From: a virus
Lineage: Duplodnaviria; Caudoviricetes
IMG/VR virus record: IMGVR_UViG_3300049021_000095
Location: 3,103-67,102 of that record
Strand: one strand, 5' to 3'
DNA: 64,000 bases
Positions 15,923 to 23,194 of this stretch are shown piece by piece (the first letter of the stretch is position 1; each line of letters begins with the position of its first letter). The position numbers and the translations under genes were made by a program. Below the pieces are notes generated by a model. The model made no database searches. It saw nothing but the letters and a program-made list of their open reading frames with translations, and was not told the origin of the DNA.

Positions 15923-16258
15923 ATGAGCCAGCCAAGCCTGCCTAAGAAAGTTGCCGTCGAAGTGCTCGAAGCGCTTGGATGGGATCACGACAGTCCGATC
16001 GCGCGTACTGTGCTTGTGACGGCACTGGACGGACTGTCGCGCGACGCTAAAGACGATCTGATCCGGTTTCTGTCCGCGCGACCCATGTGCGCATGCGGTG
16101 CCGCGAGCGATCCCGACTACACGAACGGCGACCACGATGATGGTTGCCCGGCGAAGATGCCAACTCGGGAAACCCCGGCGCATGTGTGCGTGCGGTGCGA
16201 TAGCTCTTTCGGCGTTTTCAAGGCGAACTATCTCTGTCCAACCTGTTCGAACGATTGA
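15923..16258 (+). CDS. hypothetical Cys-rich protein
   Basis: CAC, CVRC and CPTC motifs. Confidence 0.5.
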   Translation: MSQPSLPKKVAVEVLEALGWDHDSPIARTVLVTALDGLSRDAKDDLIRFLSARPMCACGAASDPDYTNGDHDDGCPAKMPTRETPAHVCVRCDSSFGVFKANYLCPTCSND

Positions 16259-16276
16259 CAACGGAGCAAGTAGGCG

Positions 16277-16570
16277 ATGAGGATCACCAAACGAAAGAAG
16301 CGTAACGAGTACCCGCCGAGCTATGAGATCTGCGTGGACGGTGTCGTTATTGGCCACGCTCACGGCGCGCAAGGCGTTCCCGGCTGGTACGTCGGCAGCG
16401 AGTACTACTCTGTCCCGCGCCTCAATTCGTGGGCGTCGCACCTGAGCTACGACTCGTTGGCGTCGGCACTTGAGGGCGCGTTGAGCTACGTCAAGCGCCA
16501 CGCCAAGGCTCCCGGGAAACCCCAGGCCGAAACGGTCGTTCTGGCCGATGAAACCGAGTACGGACGCTAG
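16277..16570 (+). CDS. hypothetical protein, last of the + strand early operon
   Basis: GGAG upstream; globular composition. Confidence 0.55.
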   Translation: MRITKRKKRNEYPPSYEICVDGVVIGHAHGAQGVPGWYVGSEYYSVPRLNSWASHLSYDSLASALEGALSYVKRHAKAPGKPQAETVVLADETEYGR

Positions 16571-16586
16571 ACCGAGCGTGAAGCAG

Positions 16587-16856
16587 CTAGCCCCTCGGCT
16601 CTGGATCTCGCCCCGTGCCCAGGTACGGGCACCGCGGCGAGTGCTCTAGCCGCCCGGGCGACAGGCCCTCGCGGATGTTCTCACAGCGCCCGCACTCCCA
16701 GGTCGACTCCTGCGGCACCATCCTCCCCGTCGTCAACGTAGCCGCGGGCCCGCTCGGTGGAGGCATCGGCTTTGGCTCCGGGCTCAGCGGCTCGCCCCCG
16801 ATGCCTGGCATCTTCAGGTCCTTGTTCCAGGGTGGCTTCTTGGGGCGGCGGGGCAT
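16587..16856 (-). CDS. small Pro-rich protein with CxxC..HxxxC
   Basis: 89 aa ORF; -10-like TACCCT 7 nt before the ATG. Confidence 0.35.
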   Translation of the reverse strand: MPRRPKKPPWNKDLKMPGIGGEPLSPEPKPMPPPSGPAATLTTGRMVPQESTWECGRCENIREGLSPGRLEHSPRCPYLGTGRDPEPRG

Positions 16857-16889
16857 GGGCGGAAGGGTAGCGCGGAGTAGGATTGGCGC

Positions 16890-17318
16890 ATGCGACTGAA
16901 CCTAGCCAACGGCAACGCTGTCCAGATCGGCGGTGACTACGGAGGCGAGCCGCCATACGCGGGGCTCTCCCGAACATGGTTCAATCGCTCGCTTTGGGAC
17001 GCCTGCGGCAACTCAGCAAAGAAGAAGGAGGCTCTGCTGGATGAAGTGCGCCGCCTTGAGCCACTTCGAGGTCATCCTTTGCTCGGCCGCCGAGTCGAGA
17101 CTCAGGTCGCTGCGCTGCGAGCCGTTGGGCGTAGGCGCATTCCGGCTGGTCAGAACACCCCAAGGCGAGGGCGAGATGTTCGAGACCTTGGTGGCGGAGC
17201 GCTTGTCAATGACCGTCTTCGCCTGCCATGGCGTCGAAAGTTCGCAACTCGGCGCCAGCGCCCGCCGATAGGTAACCGCCGGCCGCACCCGCCTCGAAGC
17301 GCAGACGCAAAGGGGTAG
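16890..17318 (+). CDS. hypothetical protein (reading frame uncertain)
   Basis: -10-like TAGGAT 6 nt before the ATG; a competing frame exists at 16933-17271. Confidence 0.25.
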   Translation: MRLNLANGNAVQIGGDYGGEPPYAGLSRTWFNRSLWDACGNSAKKKEALLDEVRRLEPLRGHPLLGRRVETQVAALRAVGRRRIPAGQNTPRRGRDVRDLGGGALVNDRLRLPWRRKFATRRQRPPIGNRRPHPPRSADAKG

Positions 17319-17349
17319 GGTTGCGTGCCGGCGCGTTGGCCACAAACGC

Positions 17350-17384
17350 AAAAAGCGCCGACCACCCGCGAAGGTGATCGGCGC
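17350..17384 (-). terminator. intrinsic terminator closing the late operon
   Basis: minus strand GCGCCGATCACC-TTCGCG-GGTGGTCGGCGC-TTTTT. Confidence 0.85.
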
Positions 17385-17407
17385 CAGGGGCGGTTAGGTT
17401 GTTAGGG

Positions 17408-17623
17408 CTACTTCTTCGCGCGCAGCCTTCGTTGAAACACCGCGCAGCAGTCCCGACACGTGGCCTGGTTCACGCTGCCGCGATCGTCACGAACTGCCGG
17501 CGGAACCGTGTCGGATGCCGGCTCGCCGCCGCGCTCGCACAGGTCCCACCGGCGGCCACATAGGGCGAGGAATGGCTGTAGCGAATCCTGCACGTGGACG
17601 GCAGGCTTGCGGTGTTCGATCAC
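17408..17623 (-). CDS. small Cys-containing protein, last late gene
   Basis: GTG start overlaps the TGA of the orphaned gene end at 17620. Confidence 0.55.
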   Translation of the reverse strand: MIEHRKPAVHVQDSLQPFLALCGRRWDLCERGGEPASDTVPPAVRDDRGSVNQATCRDCCAVFQRRLRAKK

Positions 17624-17769
17624 GGCGCCTTCCGCAGAATCAGTTGCGGCCCCGGGCAGACCTTGCCGGGCGCGCACAAAGGCGTGTACGGCTCGAGGTC
17701 GTTCGGTTCGGGGTCGCCTTCGACCTTTGGGTATTCGATGCCTTGCAGTCGGTCGAGCTCGCGGCGGTT
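17620..17769 (-). pseudogene. displaced original 3' end of the 18328-19302 gene
   Basis: 49 codons, 34/49 identical without gaps to the last 49 residues of 18328-19302; lies on the other side of the HNH gene. Confidence 0.85.
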
Positions 17770-17770
17770 G

Positions 17771-17852
17771 TGGTAGTCTAGCGACTCCAACGCAGTGACC
17801 TCGCGCAGTGCTACCTGCCGAGGTCGTGGCCCAAAGGAATGAGGTTCCAGTG
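17771..17852 (+). promoter_or_regulatory. HNH leader motif copy 1 (extended -10 plus two hairpins)
   Basis: TGGTAGTCT; AGT-GACCTCG-C-GCAG-TGCTAC-CTGC-CGAGGTC; GGAA/TTCC hairpin before the GTG. Confidence 0.8.
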
Positions 17853-18404
17853 GACGAAAAGACGATCGCACGATTCTGGAGTAGGGTCGACAAAACTGGC
17901 CCCGTGCTGCGACAGGAGCTTGGCCCATGCTGGACGTGGACAAGATGTGTCGATTCGTACGGTTACGGACGTTTCTGGAGTGGTCCCCGATGGACTCGCT
18001 CGCGCATAAAGGCCCATCGTCTCGCGTTCTTCTTGGCGTACGGGCGATGGCCGATGCCGTGCTGTCTTCATCACTGCGACAACCCCAAGTGCGTGAGGGC
18101 CTCACATCTGTTTGAAGGCACGCGCACGGAGAATGCTGCCGACCGTGACCGTAAATGTCGACAAAACAGGGGCGAGCTCAACGGCCACGCGAAGCTGCGT
18201 GAGACGGACGTGGTTGCTATCCGCGTGGCTTTAGCAGCAGGCAGTAGCCAGAGAGATCTCGTTCGACGCTACGGCGTTTCGCCGGCAACAATCAGTCGCG
18301 TTGCAAATGGTGGCGGCTGGAATCACGTCAAAGTGGGCGAGTCAGGATTAGCTGTGGGCCCGGACAAACCTTGCCGGCCGAGCACAATGGCGCGTAGGGC
18401 TTGA
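17850..18404 (+). CDS. free-standing HNH homing endonuclease 1 (HNH_3 plus C-terminal HTH)
   Basis: RFWSRVDK, GPCWTWT..D.YGYG, AHR, LHHCDNPKCVRASHLFEGT; antisense to the late operon. Confidence 0.92.
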   Translation: MDEKTIARFWSRVDKTGPVLRQELGPCWTWTRCVDSYGYGRFWSGPRWTRSRIKAHRLAFFLAYGRWPMPCCLHHCDNPKCVRASHLFEGTRTENAADRDRKCRQNRGELNGHAKLRETDVVAIRVALAAGSSQRDLVRRYGVSPATISRVANGGGWNHVKVGESGLAVGPDKPCRPSTMARRA

Positions 18405-19302
18405 GATCCTCTGGATCTGGATCGCCTTCGCGTTTAGGAATCTCCACACCCTGCAGCCGCATCAGCTCGCGCAAGTTGGAGCGCAGTTGTCGGAACTCAC
18501 GCTCGCTTGTAGCGGCGTCCTTGATCTTGGTCTCGGCCTTCGCCTCGACGGCGTCGGCGCGCGCGTTCGCTTGGGCGGCCTGGGCGGTGGACCGCTCGAT
18601 CTTGGTGGTCAGCGCCTGGATGTAGGCGGTGAGCGGCACGCCGAGCAGAGCCAACAGGGCCGCCAGCCCGAGCAGCAGCTTGGTCAGTGCACTCCGGAGT
18701 GCCTTGGTCGACCCTTCGCCGGCGCCGCTCTCCGGCGCCTTGCTGGGCCGCTCCTGGGCGACGATGACGGGCGACTGGTAGGGGCCGGGGCCCTGAGACT
18801 CCAGTTGCACACGGTGCCGGCGCTCGGCCTCCTGGGCGCGGGCCTCGGCCGCCGCGATCTTGGCCTCCGCGGCTTCCGCGCGCCGCCGCAACGCCTCCCG
18901 GACGGTCTCGTCGGGGTCGCCGCTAACCGGTGGCAAGGAGCCCCCTGGCCGCCCTGCTGCCGCGCCCGGCGCCGGCAAGGTGTCCACGGGCGGCGGCGGG
19001 TCGGTTCGCCTGGCCAAGGCCACGGCAGAGGGCGGCGTGGGCAGGCGCCAGGTCTTCTTGAGCGGCGGATCTGCCGGCGCTGGCAGCGTCGGCGCATATT
19101 CGCCGCTCGGTCGCTGGGCGCCGATGCCTACCAGCGTGCTCTTTCGCGGCACCGGCTGGACGGCCCCATCTACGCCTGGATGGTTGACGGCCCCTCGTTC
19201 CGGCTGGTCCGGCGTGAGAATGCTCGGCAACTCAGGCCGGCTAGGCTGGCGCGGCCGCGCTCCACCGCCGGGCGGCTTTTCCGGCAGGGGCGGAGGTGGC
19301 AT
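18328..19302 (-). CDS. Pro-rich, single-TM coiled-coil protein (possible inner-membrane spanin)
   Basis: disordered Pro-rich N-terminus, TM segment LLLGLAALLALLGVPL, coiled coil, C-terminal C-x5-C; lies in the lysis region. Confidence 0.7.
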   Translation of the reverse strand: MPPPPLPEKPPGGGARPRQPSRPELPSILTPDQPERGAVNHPGVDGAVQPVPRKSTLVGIGAQRPSGEYAPTLPAPADPPLKKTWRLPTPPSAVALARRTDPPPPVDTLPAPGAAAGRPGGSLPPVSGDPDETVREALRRRAEAAEAKIAAAEARAQEAERRHRVQLESQGPGPYQSPVIVAQERPSKAPESGAGEGSTKALRSALTKLLLGLAALLALLGVPLTAYIQALTTKIERSTAQAAQANARADAVEAKAETKIKDAATSEREFRQLRSNLRELMRLQGVEIPKREGDPDPEDLKPYAPLCSAGKVCPGPQLILTRPL

Positions 19303-19311
19303 GGTGCGTGG

Positions 19312-20256
19312 CTAGCTGGTCGCGTCGGCCTGCGCAGCGGCGGCAAGCACGTCGTTGATGGCGATCAGCAGGTCCGAAAACTCGAACGGCTTGAGTAGAG
19401 TGCGCAAGCCCGTGGCCTCGGCCCGACGGGTGCCGACCTCGGACAGGTGCCCGGTCATCAGCAGGCAGCGCGTGCGCGGCATGCCTTGGCTCTCCAGCCA
19501 GGTCACGACGTCGAAGCCGTCGTCGTCACCGAGCTTGATGTCGACGATCGCTAGGTCGGGGGCGCGGCCAGAGGCGGCTACCACCGCTTGAGTCTCCTCG
19601 AGCGAACCAGCGACCAACGTGTTGGCCCCGTGCTCGCGTGCCATCCTGACGATGATCCGCTGCAGGTGCTCGCTGTCCTCGGCGACGAGCATGGTCTTGC
19701 CGTCGAGCAGGCGGCGCTCGGGGGCCGAGTACCCCTGCAAGAGCATGAGCGTGGTGAGTGCGCTGTTGAGGTTGCTCAGCTCGTTGACGATCCGCGAGAG
19801 CTCCCGGTCCTGTTCGTCGTTCCGGGCCTCGACGGTCAGGAGCTTTTCAGCCACGCGCGAGACCCGAGTCGATAGGTCCCGAATGGGCTTCCCTGCAAGG
19901 GTGTCGATCGCGGCCGACAGCTCGGCGACGATCTCCGCCCGCATGCGGTTCGAGCGGGCGTCATGCAGGAGCGCGAGTCGACCGTCTGGGTCGAGCAAGT
20001 CGTGCTCGCGCTCTTGCGCGGCCTGGTACATGCGCAGGAGCTGGTCGATGCTGGCTTCGCGGATCGGCTCGCTGAGCTGCGGGACCTTGCCGGCCCTTGG
20101 GATGATGGGCCCTGGGCTGGCGTTCGGATTGGTAGCGTCCTCGGCAATCGGAGGCGGGGCCACGTCCGTTGGCGTATCGCGGCGGTCGGTTTCGTCCATG
20201 GGTATCAGCTGAAGACGTGGGCGGGTGTGAGTGGCGGTGAGAACTTGCGCGAGCAT
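19312..20256 (-). CDS. response-regulator receiver domain protein with N-terminal coiled coil
   Basis: LVAEDS acid pocket, AIVDIKL phospho-acceptor Asp, LLMTG, LKPF; GGAGG ribosome-binding site. Confidence 0.88.
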   Translation of the reverse strand: MLAQVLTATHTRPRLQLIPMDETDRRDTPTDVAPPPIAEDATNPNASPGPIIPRAGKVPQLSEPIREASIDQLLRMYQAAQEREHDLLDPDGRLALLHDARSNRMRAEIVAELSAAIDTLAGKPIRDLSTRVSRVAEKLLTVEARNDEQDRELSRIVNELSNLNSALTTLMLLQGYSAPERRLLDGKTMLVAEDSEHLQRIIVRMAREHGANTLVAGSLEETQAVVAASGRAPDLAIVDIKLGDDDGFDVVTWLESQGMPRTRCLLMTGHLSEVGTRRAEATGLRTLLKPFEFSDLLIAINDVLAAAAQADATS

Positions 20257-20269
20257 GGACGGGCCTCCG

Positions 20270-21055
20270 TCATGCGGCTGGTGCGGGATCTGTGCCGGGC
20301 TTCGGCTGGGCTAACAGGGCGCGCCAGGAGCGCTCACCGCAGATCCCGTCAGCAACGAGCTTGCTGCTTTGCTGAAAGATCCTGAGTGCATCGAAGCTGC
20401 GTTGACCGAACTGCCCGTCGACCTTCAGCGGTGGAAACGCGCCGTGCTTGTTCAGGGCCTGCTGCATTAGCTCCACAGCGGGACCAGTTGCGCCGCGCTT
20501 CAATGTCGCGTGCACGTTGACCGCAGAGGCTGCGAGGTCGGCAGGCAGCGCCTCATGTAGGGCAATCGCCTGCTGCCGGATCGAGCGCTCCACGGCAACG
20601 TGATGATTGCGGATCCGATCCTCGATGGTCTTGCCGTGGCCTTCGTAGTAGCCGCTCGCATGGAGGCCGCGAGAGAACCCAAGCGTGTCGCCCTTGCCGG
20701 CCGGAATCAGCGCGAGCTTGTCGCGGCCGCGGTTGAGGTACACGACCTTGACGAGATCGATCGCTCCCTCGATTGGCGTCGCGTACTTGCGGAACTTGGT
20801 GACGTACGGCTTGCTCGAGCCGTCGGGCTGCGGAGACGTATCCGTGTAGAGGAATGTTGGCCCGTTCCACCCGGAACCAGCCTGAATTGCGCCGTAGTTG
20901 TTGGAGCCGGCACCGGCAGGCTTCCAGCCGTCGCCGTACGATGACTCGAGCCAAGCCACAGCTTGGAGGCATTGGAGCTCGGGCGTTGAGGCGTCCCGGC
21001 CGAACACGCGCGCGAAGGCATCGCGGAGCAGGAGGCGCATTTCGGCGTGCTTCAT
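20270..21055 (-). CDS. endolysin (glucosaminidase/lysozyme-like domain plus peptidoglycan-binding domain)
   Basis: AVAWLESSYG, NNYGAI, FRKYATP..GA.D, GYY; C-terminal TLKRGATGPAV..MQ..L...VDG.FG. Confidence 0.88.
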   Translation of the reverse strand: MKHAEMRLLLRDAFARVFGRDASTPELQCLQAVAWLESSYGDGWKPAGAGSNNYGAIQAGSGWNGPTFLYTDTSPQPDGSSKPYVTKFRKYATPIEGAIDLVKVVYLNRGRDKLALIPAGKGDTLGFSRGLHASGYYEGHGKTIEDRIRNHHVAVERSIRQQAIALHEALPADLAASAVNVHATLKRGATGPAVELMQQALNKHGAFPPLKVDGQFGQRSFDALRIFQQSSKLVADGICGERSWRALLAQPKPGTDPAPAA

Positions 21056-21144
21056 CGTTTCCCCACGAACGCCCACGCGGCCAGGCTTCCCAGCACCTGC
21101 ACGAGCGCGATACCGGTGCGGATCTTGTCGAGCGTCCAGCGCAT
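21052..21144 (-). CDS. 30 aa hydrophobic peptide
   Basis: MRWTLDKIRTGIALVQVLGSLAAWAFVGKR; start and stop both overlap neighbouring genes. Confidence 0.45.
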   Translation of the reverse strand: MRWTLDKIRTGIALVQVLGSLAAWAFVGKR

Positions 21145-21335
21145 CAGCCGCGGCTCTTCGCGCCAGCCTCGTAGGCCGCGTCGATGGTCTTCTTGGCCGC
21201 AATGGTCTCAGCGGTGACGCGGGCCTCGCGCTCGGCTGCCTCGGCGTCGCCGTTCAGGAGATGCCCCACGAGCCGACCCAGAGAGTCGAAGGCTTCGGCA
21301 GGGACCTTGCTCAAGAGCATGAGTAGCTGGCTCAT
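21144..21335 (-). CDS. small lysis-region protein
   Basis: coupled to neighbours; amphipathic. Confidence 0.5.
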   Translation of the reverse strand: MSQLLMLLSKVPAEAFDSLGRLVGHLLNGDAEAAEREARVTAETIAAKKTIDAAYEAGAKSRG

Positions 21336-21562
21336 CGGCATTGCTCCTTTCGGTCGTCGAGCTTTTGGTTGCAGGCGATCATGGGCGCGCACTGATCCTT
21401 GGGGACACCGGCGGCGCCGCAGCTGTAGGCCTCGACGCTGCACTCGGCGGTGAGCTTGGCGAGCGTAGCGGCGTCGCAGGGCGCTTTGGCTGGAGGGGCG
21501 TTCCCGGGGCAGGCGGCGAGCGCGAGCAGCGCCAGCAGCGCCAAAAGCCCGAGCGCCCTCAC
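21332..21562 (-). CDS. small lipoprotein (possible outer-membrane spanin)
   Basis: signal MRALGLLALLALLALAA-C; Cys-rich mature part. Confidence 0.7.
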   Translation of the reverse strand: MRALGLLALLALLALAACPGNAPPAKAPCDAATLAKLTAECSVEAYSCGAAGVPKDQCAPMIACNQKLDDRKEQCR

Positions 21563-22035
21563 GACACACCTGCCGGCTTTGGCGCCGTTTCCAGGACGCC
21601 CTTGACCTTGGCGCCGATCACGGCTCGGGCCTTCGCCACCTCCGCTTCGAGCTTGGCTCGGAGCAGCGCCTCGAGCTCAGCTTCGTCCTTGAAGCCCAGG
21701 ATCTTCAGAGCGCTAGACTTTCCGTTGGCGCCCAGGTTTTGCTTGAGCTTATTGAGCGCCTGCGCCTGCAGTAGGTCGACGTCTGAACGGTCGAGCTTGC
21801 CATCGGCAGAAAGCTCCCGAAGCTTGGCCACCACCGTCTGCTCGAGCTCGAGCACGACGTCGCTGGCCTGCTCGGATAGACGCAGCAGCATCCCGCGGGC
21901 CTGCTCGCTCTTCACCTTCGAGCGGATGACGGCCAGCAGCCAGCTGGCAGCGAGGCCCAGCAGCGACAAGACGGCGGGGAGGATGATGGCCAGCGCTTGC
22001 TGGAGCGGGGAATCGGGGGCGGTTGCTTCTTGCAT
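21559..22035 (-). CDS. holin-like protein with N-terminal TM helix
   Basis: ALAIILPAVLSLLGLAASWLLAV followed by a charged helical domain; at the head of the lysis cassette. Confidence 0.6.
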   Translation of the reverse strand: MQEATAPDSPLQQALAIILPAVLSLLGLAASWLLAVIRSKVKSEQARGMLLRLSEQASDVVLELEQTVVAKLRELSADGKLDRSDVDLLQAQALNKLKQNLGANGKSSALKILGFKDEAELEALLRAKLEAEVAKARAVIGAKVKGVLETAPKPAGVS

Positions 22036-22107
22036 GAGGCTTCTTTCGGAAAAGTCACCGCGCGCGCAGGCCTCGGCTGGGAGATCCTGGCGAGCGCGGC
22101 GGTGAGG

Positions 22108-22512
22108 TCAGTGGGCGGCGATAAGGACGTAGCCGGACAGATCCCAGGTGCGTCCGCCAACGGTGGTCACCCGCACGCGACTCGTGTACGTGACCCCTTC
22201 AGTCCCGCTCCGCCAGCGCGCGGACACGATACCGTTCTCATGCGCGAACAAGTCGAGCGTCAGAGCGGCATCCGAGCTGTTCTCTAATTCCACGCTATCG
22301 ATCTCGTCGATGGTGTCACCCACGAGCGCGAGCGTCTTAGAGAAGTCAAAGTTGATAAAATCTACCTCGTTCGGGTCCTTCGGAGCGAACGTCCGCGGCG
22401 TCCCCCCGTAGCCATGCACGACCGTGCGACCAACGGGCGCGCGCACGAACACTGCCTCAGGCTCGGGAGTCGGCGTGGCCTCCTCGAAGGCATCGAATAG
22501 CAGAAGGCCCAT
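22108..22512 (-). CDS. virion fibre/adaptor protein
   Basis: KDPNEVDFINFDFS motif and beta-rich C-terminus. Confidence 0.65.
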   Translation of the reverse strand: MGLLLFDAFEEATPTPEPEAVFVRAPVGRTVVHGYGGTPRTFAPKDPNEVDFINFDFSKTLALVGDTIDEIDSVELENSSDAALTLDLFAHENGIVSARWRSGTEGVTYTSRVRVTTVGGRTWDLSGYVLIAAH

Positions 22513-22520
22513 GGCGATCC

Positions 22521-23036
22521 TCAGTCGTCGAGCAGAGCGAACTCGTCGTCAGCGCTGGGCGCCGCCGTGAAGCCGTCGGTGAAGCTCAGCGCTTTCGTGG
22601 TGCCGTTGTAGCCCGTGCACTTTCGCACCTGACCAGCGAGCACACCGCTTTGAAAGCGCACCAGCTTCCCCTTGTGGGCGTCGTTGATCGCCGACGTGAG
22701 CGTCGTGACGAATGACGTCGCGGTTTGCCCAGTCCCGGCGACAGCGAATGTTGCCTGCGGGTCCATCACGCCCGAGGTGACCTGGGGCCGCATGTTGGTC
22801 TTGGTGATCAGCACGGTCAGCCAACTGCACCTGGTTTCCGCAGCCGTGAGGGTGAGCGTGTAGATGCCCGTGCTCCCGAGCTCCGTTGGCGCGTTCGTGG
22901 CGGCCGCAAAGGCGCCTCCGTCTTTGCTGATCTGGACGTCGCTAGCCAGCAGCGAGAGACCGCTACGTAGCGCCCCCGTGCTGACGGTTGAGTCGTACGC
23001 CGGGAAAGTGATGGCTTGCTGTTGTGCTCGTCTCAT
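22521..23036 (-). CDS. virion structural protein
   Basis: DVQISKDGGAFAAATNAPTE.G.TGIY.LTLTAAET motif; Thr/Ala/Gly-rich. Confidence 0.7.
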   Translation of the reverse strand: MRRAQQQAITFPAYDSTVSTGALRSGLSLLASDVQISKDGGAFAAATNAPTELGSTGIYTLTLTAAETRCSWLTVLITKTNMRPQVTSGVMDPQATFAVAGTGQTATSFVTTLTSAINDAHKGKLVRFQSGVLAGQVRKCTGYNGTTKALSFTDGFTAAPSADDEFALLDD

Positions 23037-23194
23037 GGGTCGTTCCTTAGCCACGCCCAAAGCGCAGCGAGCCAACTCCGGCGCCAGGAGTGCCAAAGCC
23101 AGCGGTGCAGATCCCGTAGTTCGCGGCCCGTCAGCGGAGTCGCCTCCGGATCCCGCACCCACAAAGCGTCGATCGTGATGTCTGCAAACTTCAT
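23033..23194 (-). CDS. 53 aa ORF paralogous to an internal segment of the upstream tail protein
   Basis: IDALWVRDPEATPLTGRELRDLH versus IFAIWVRDPAAAPLTEAEGIELH; ATGA overlaps on both sides. Confidence 0.5.
   Translation of the reverse strand: MKFADITIDALWVRDPEATPLTGRELRDLHRWLWHSWRRSWLAALWAWLRNDP

Noticed and set aside
17771-18477. Self-splicing intron or IS element around the HNH genes
   Set aside because: The HNH genes are antisense to the host genes, with no intron core, terminal inverted repeats or exact target duplication visible.
18487-19398. 303 aa plus-strand ORF
   Set aside because: Antisense shadow of the Pro-rich membrane protein gene.
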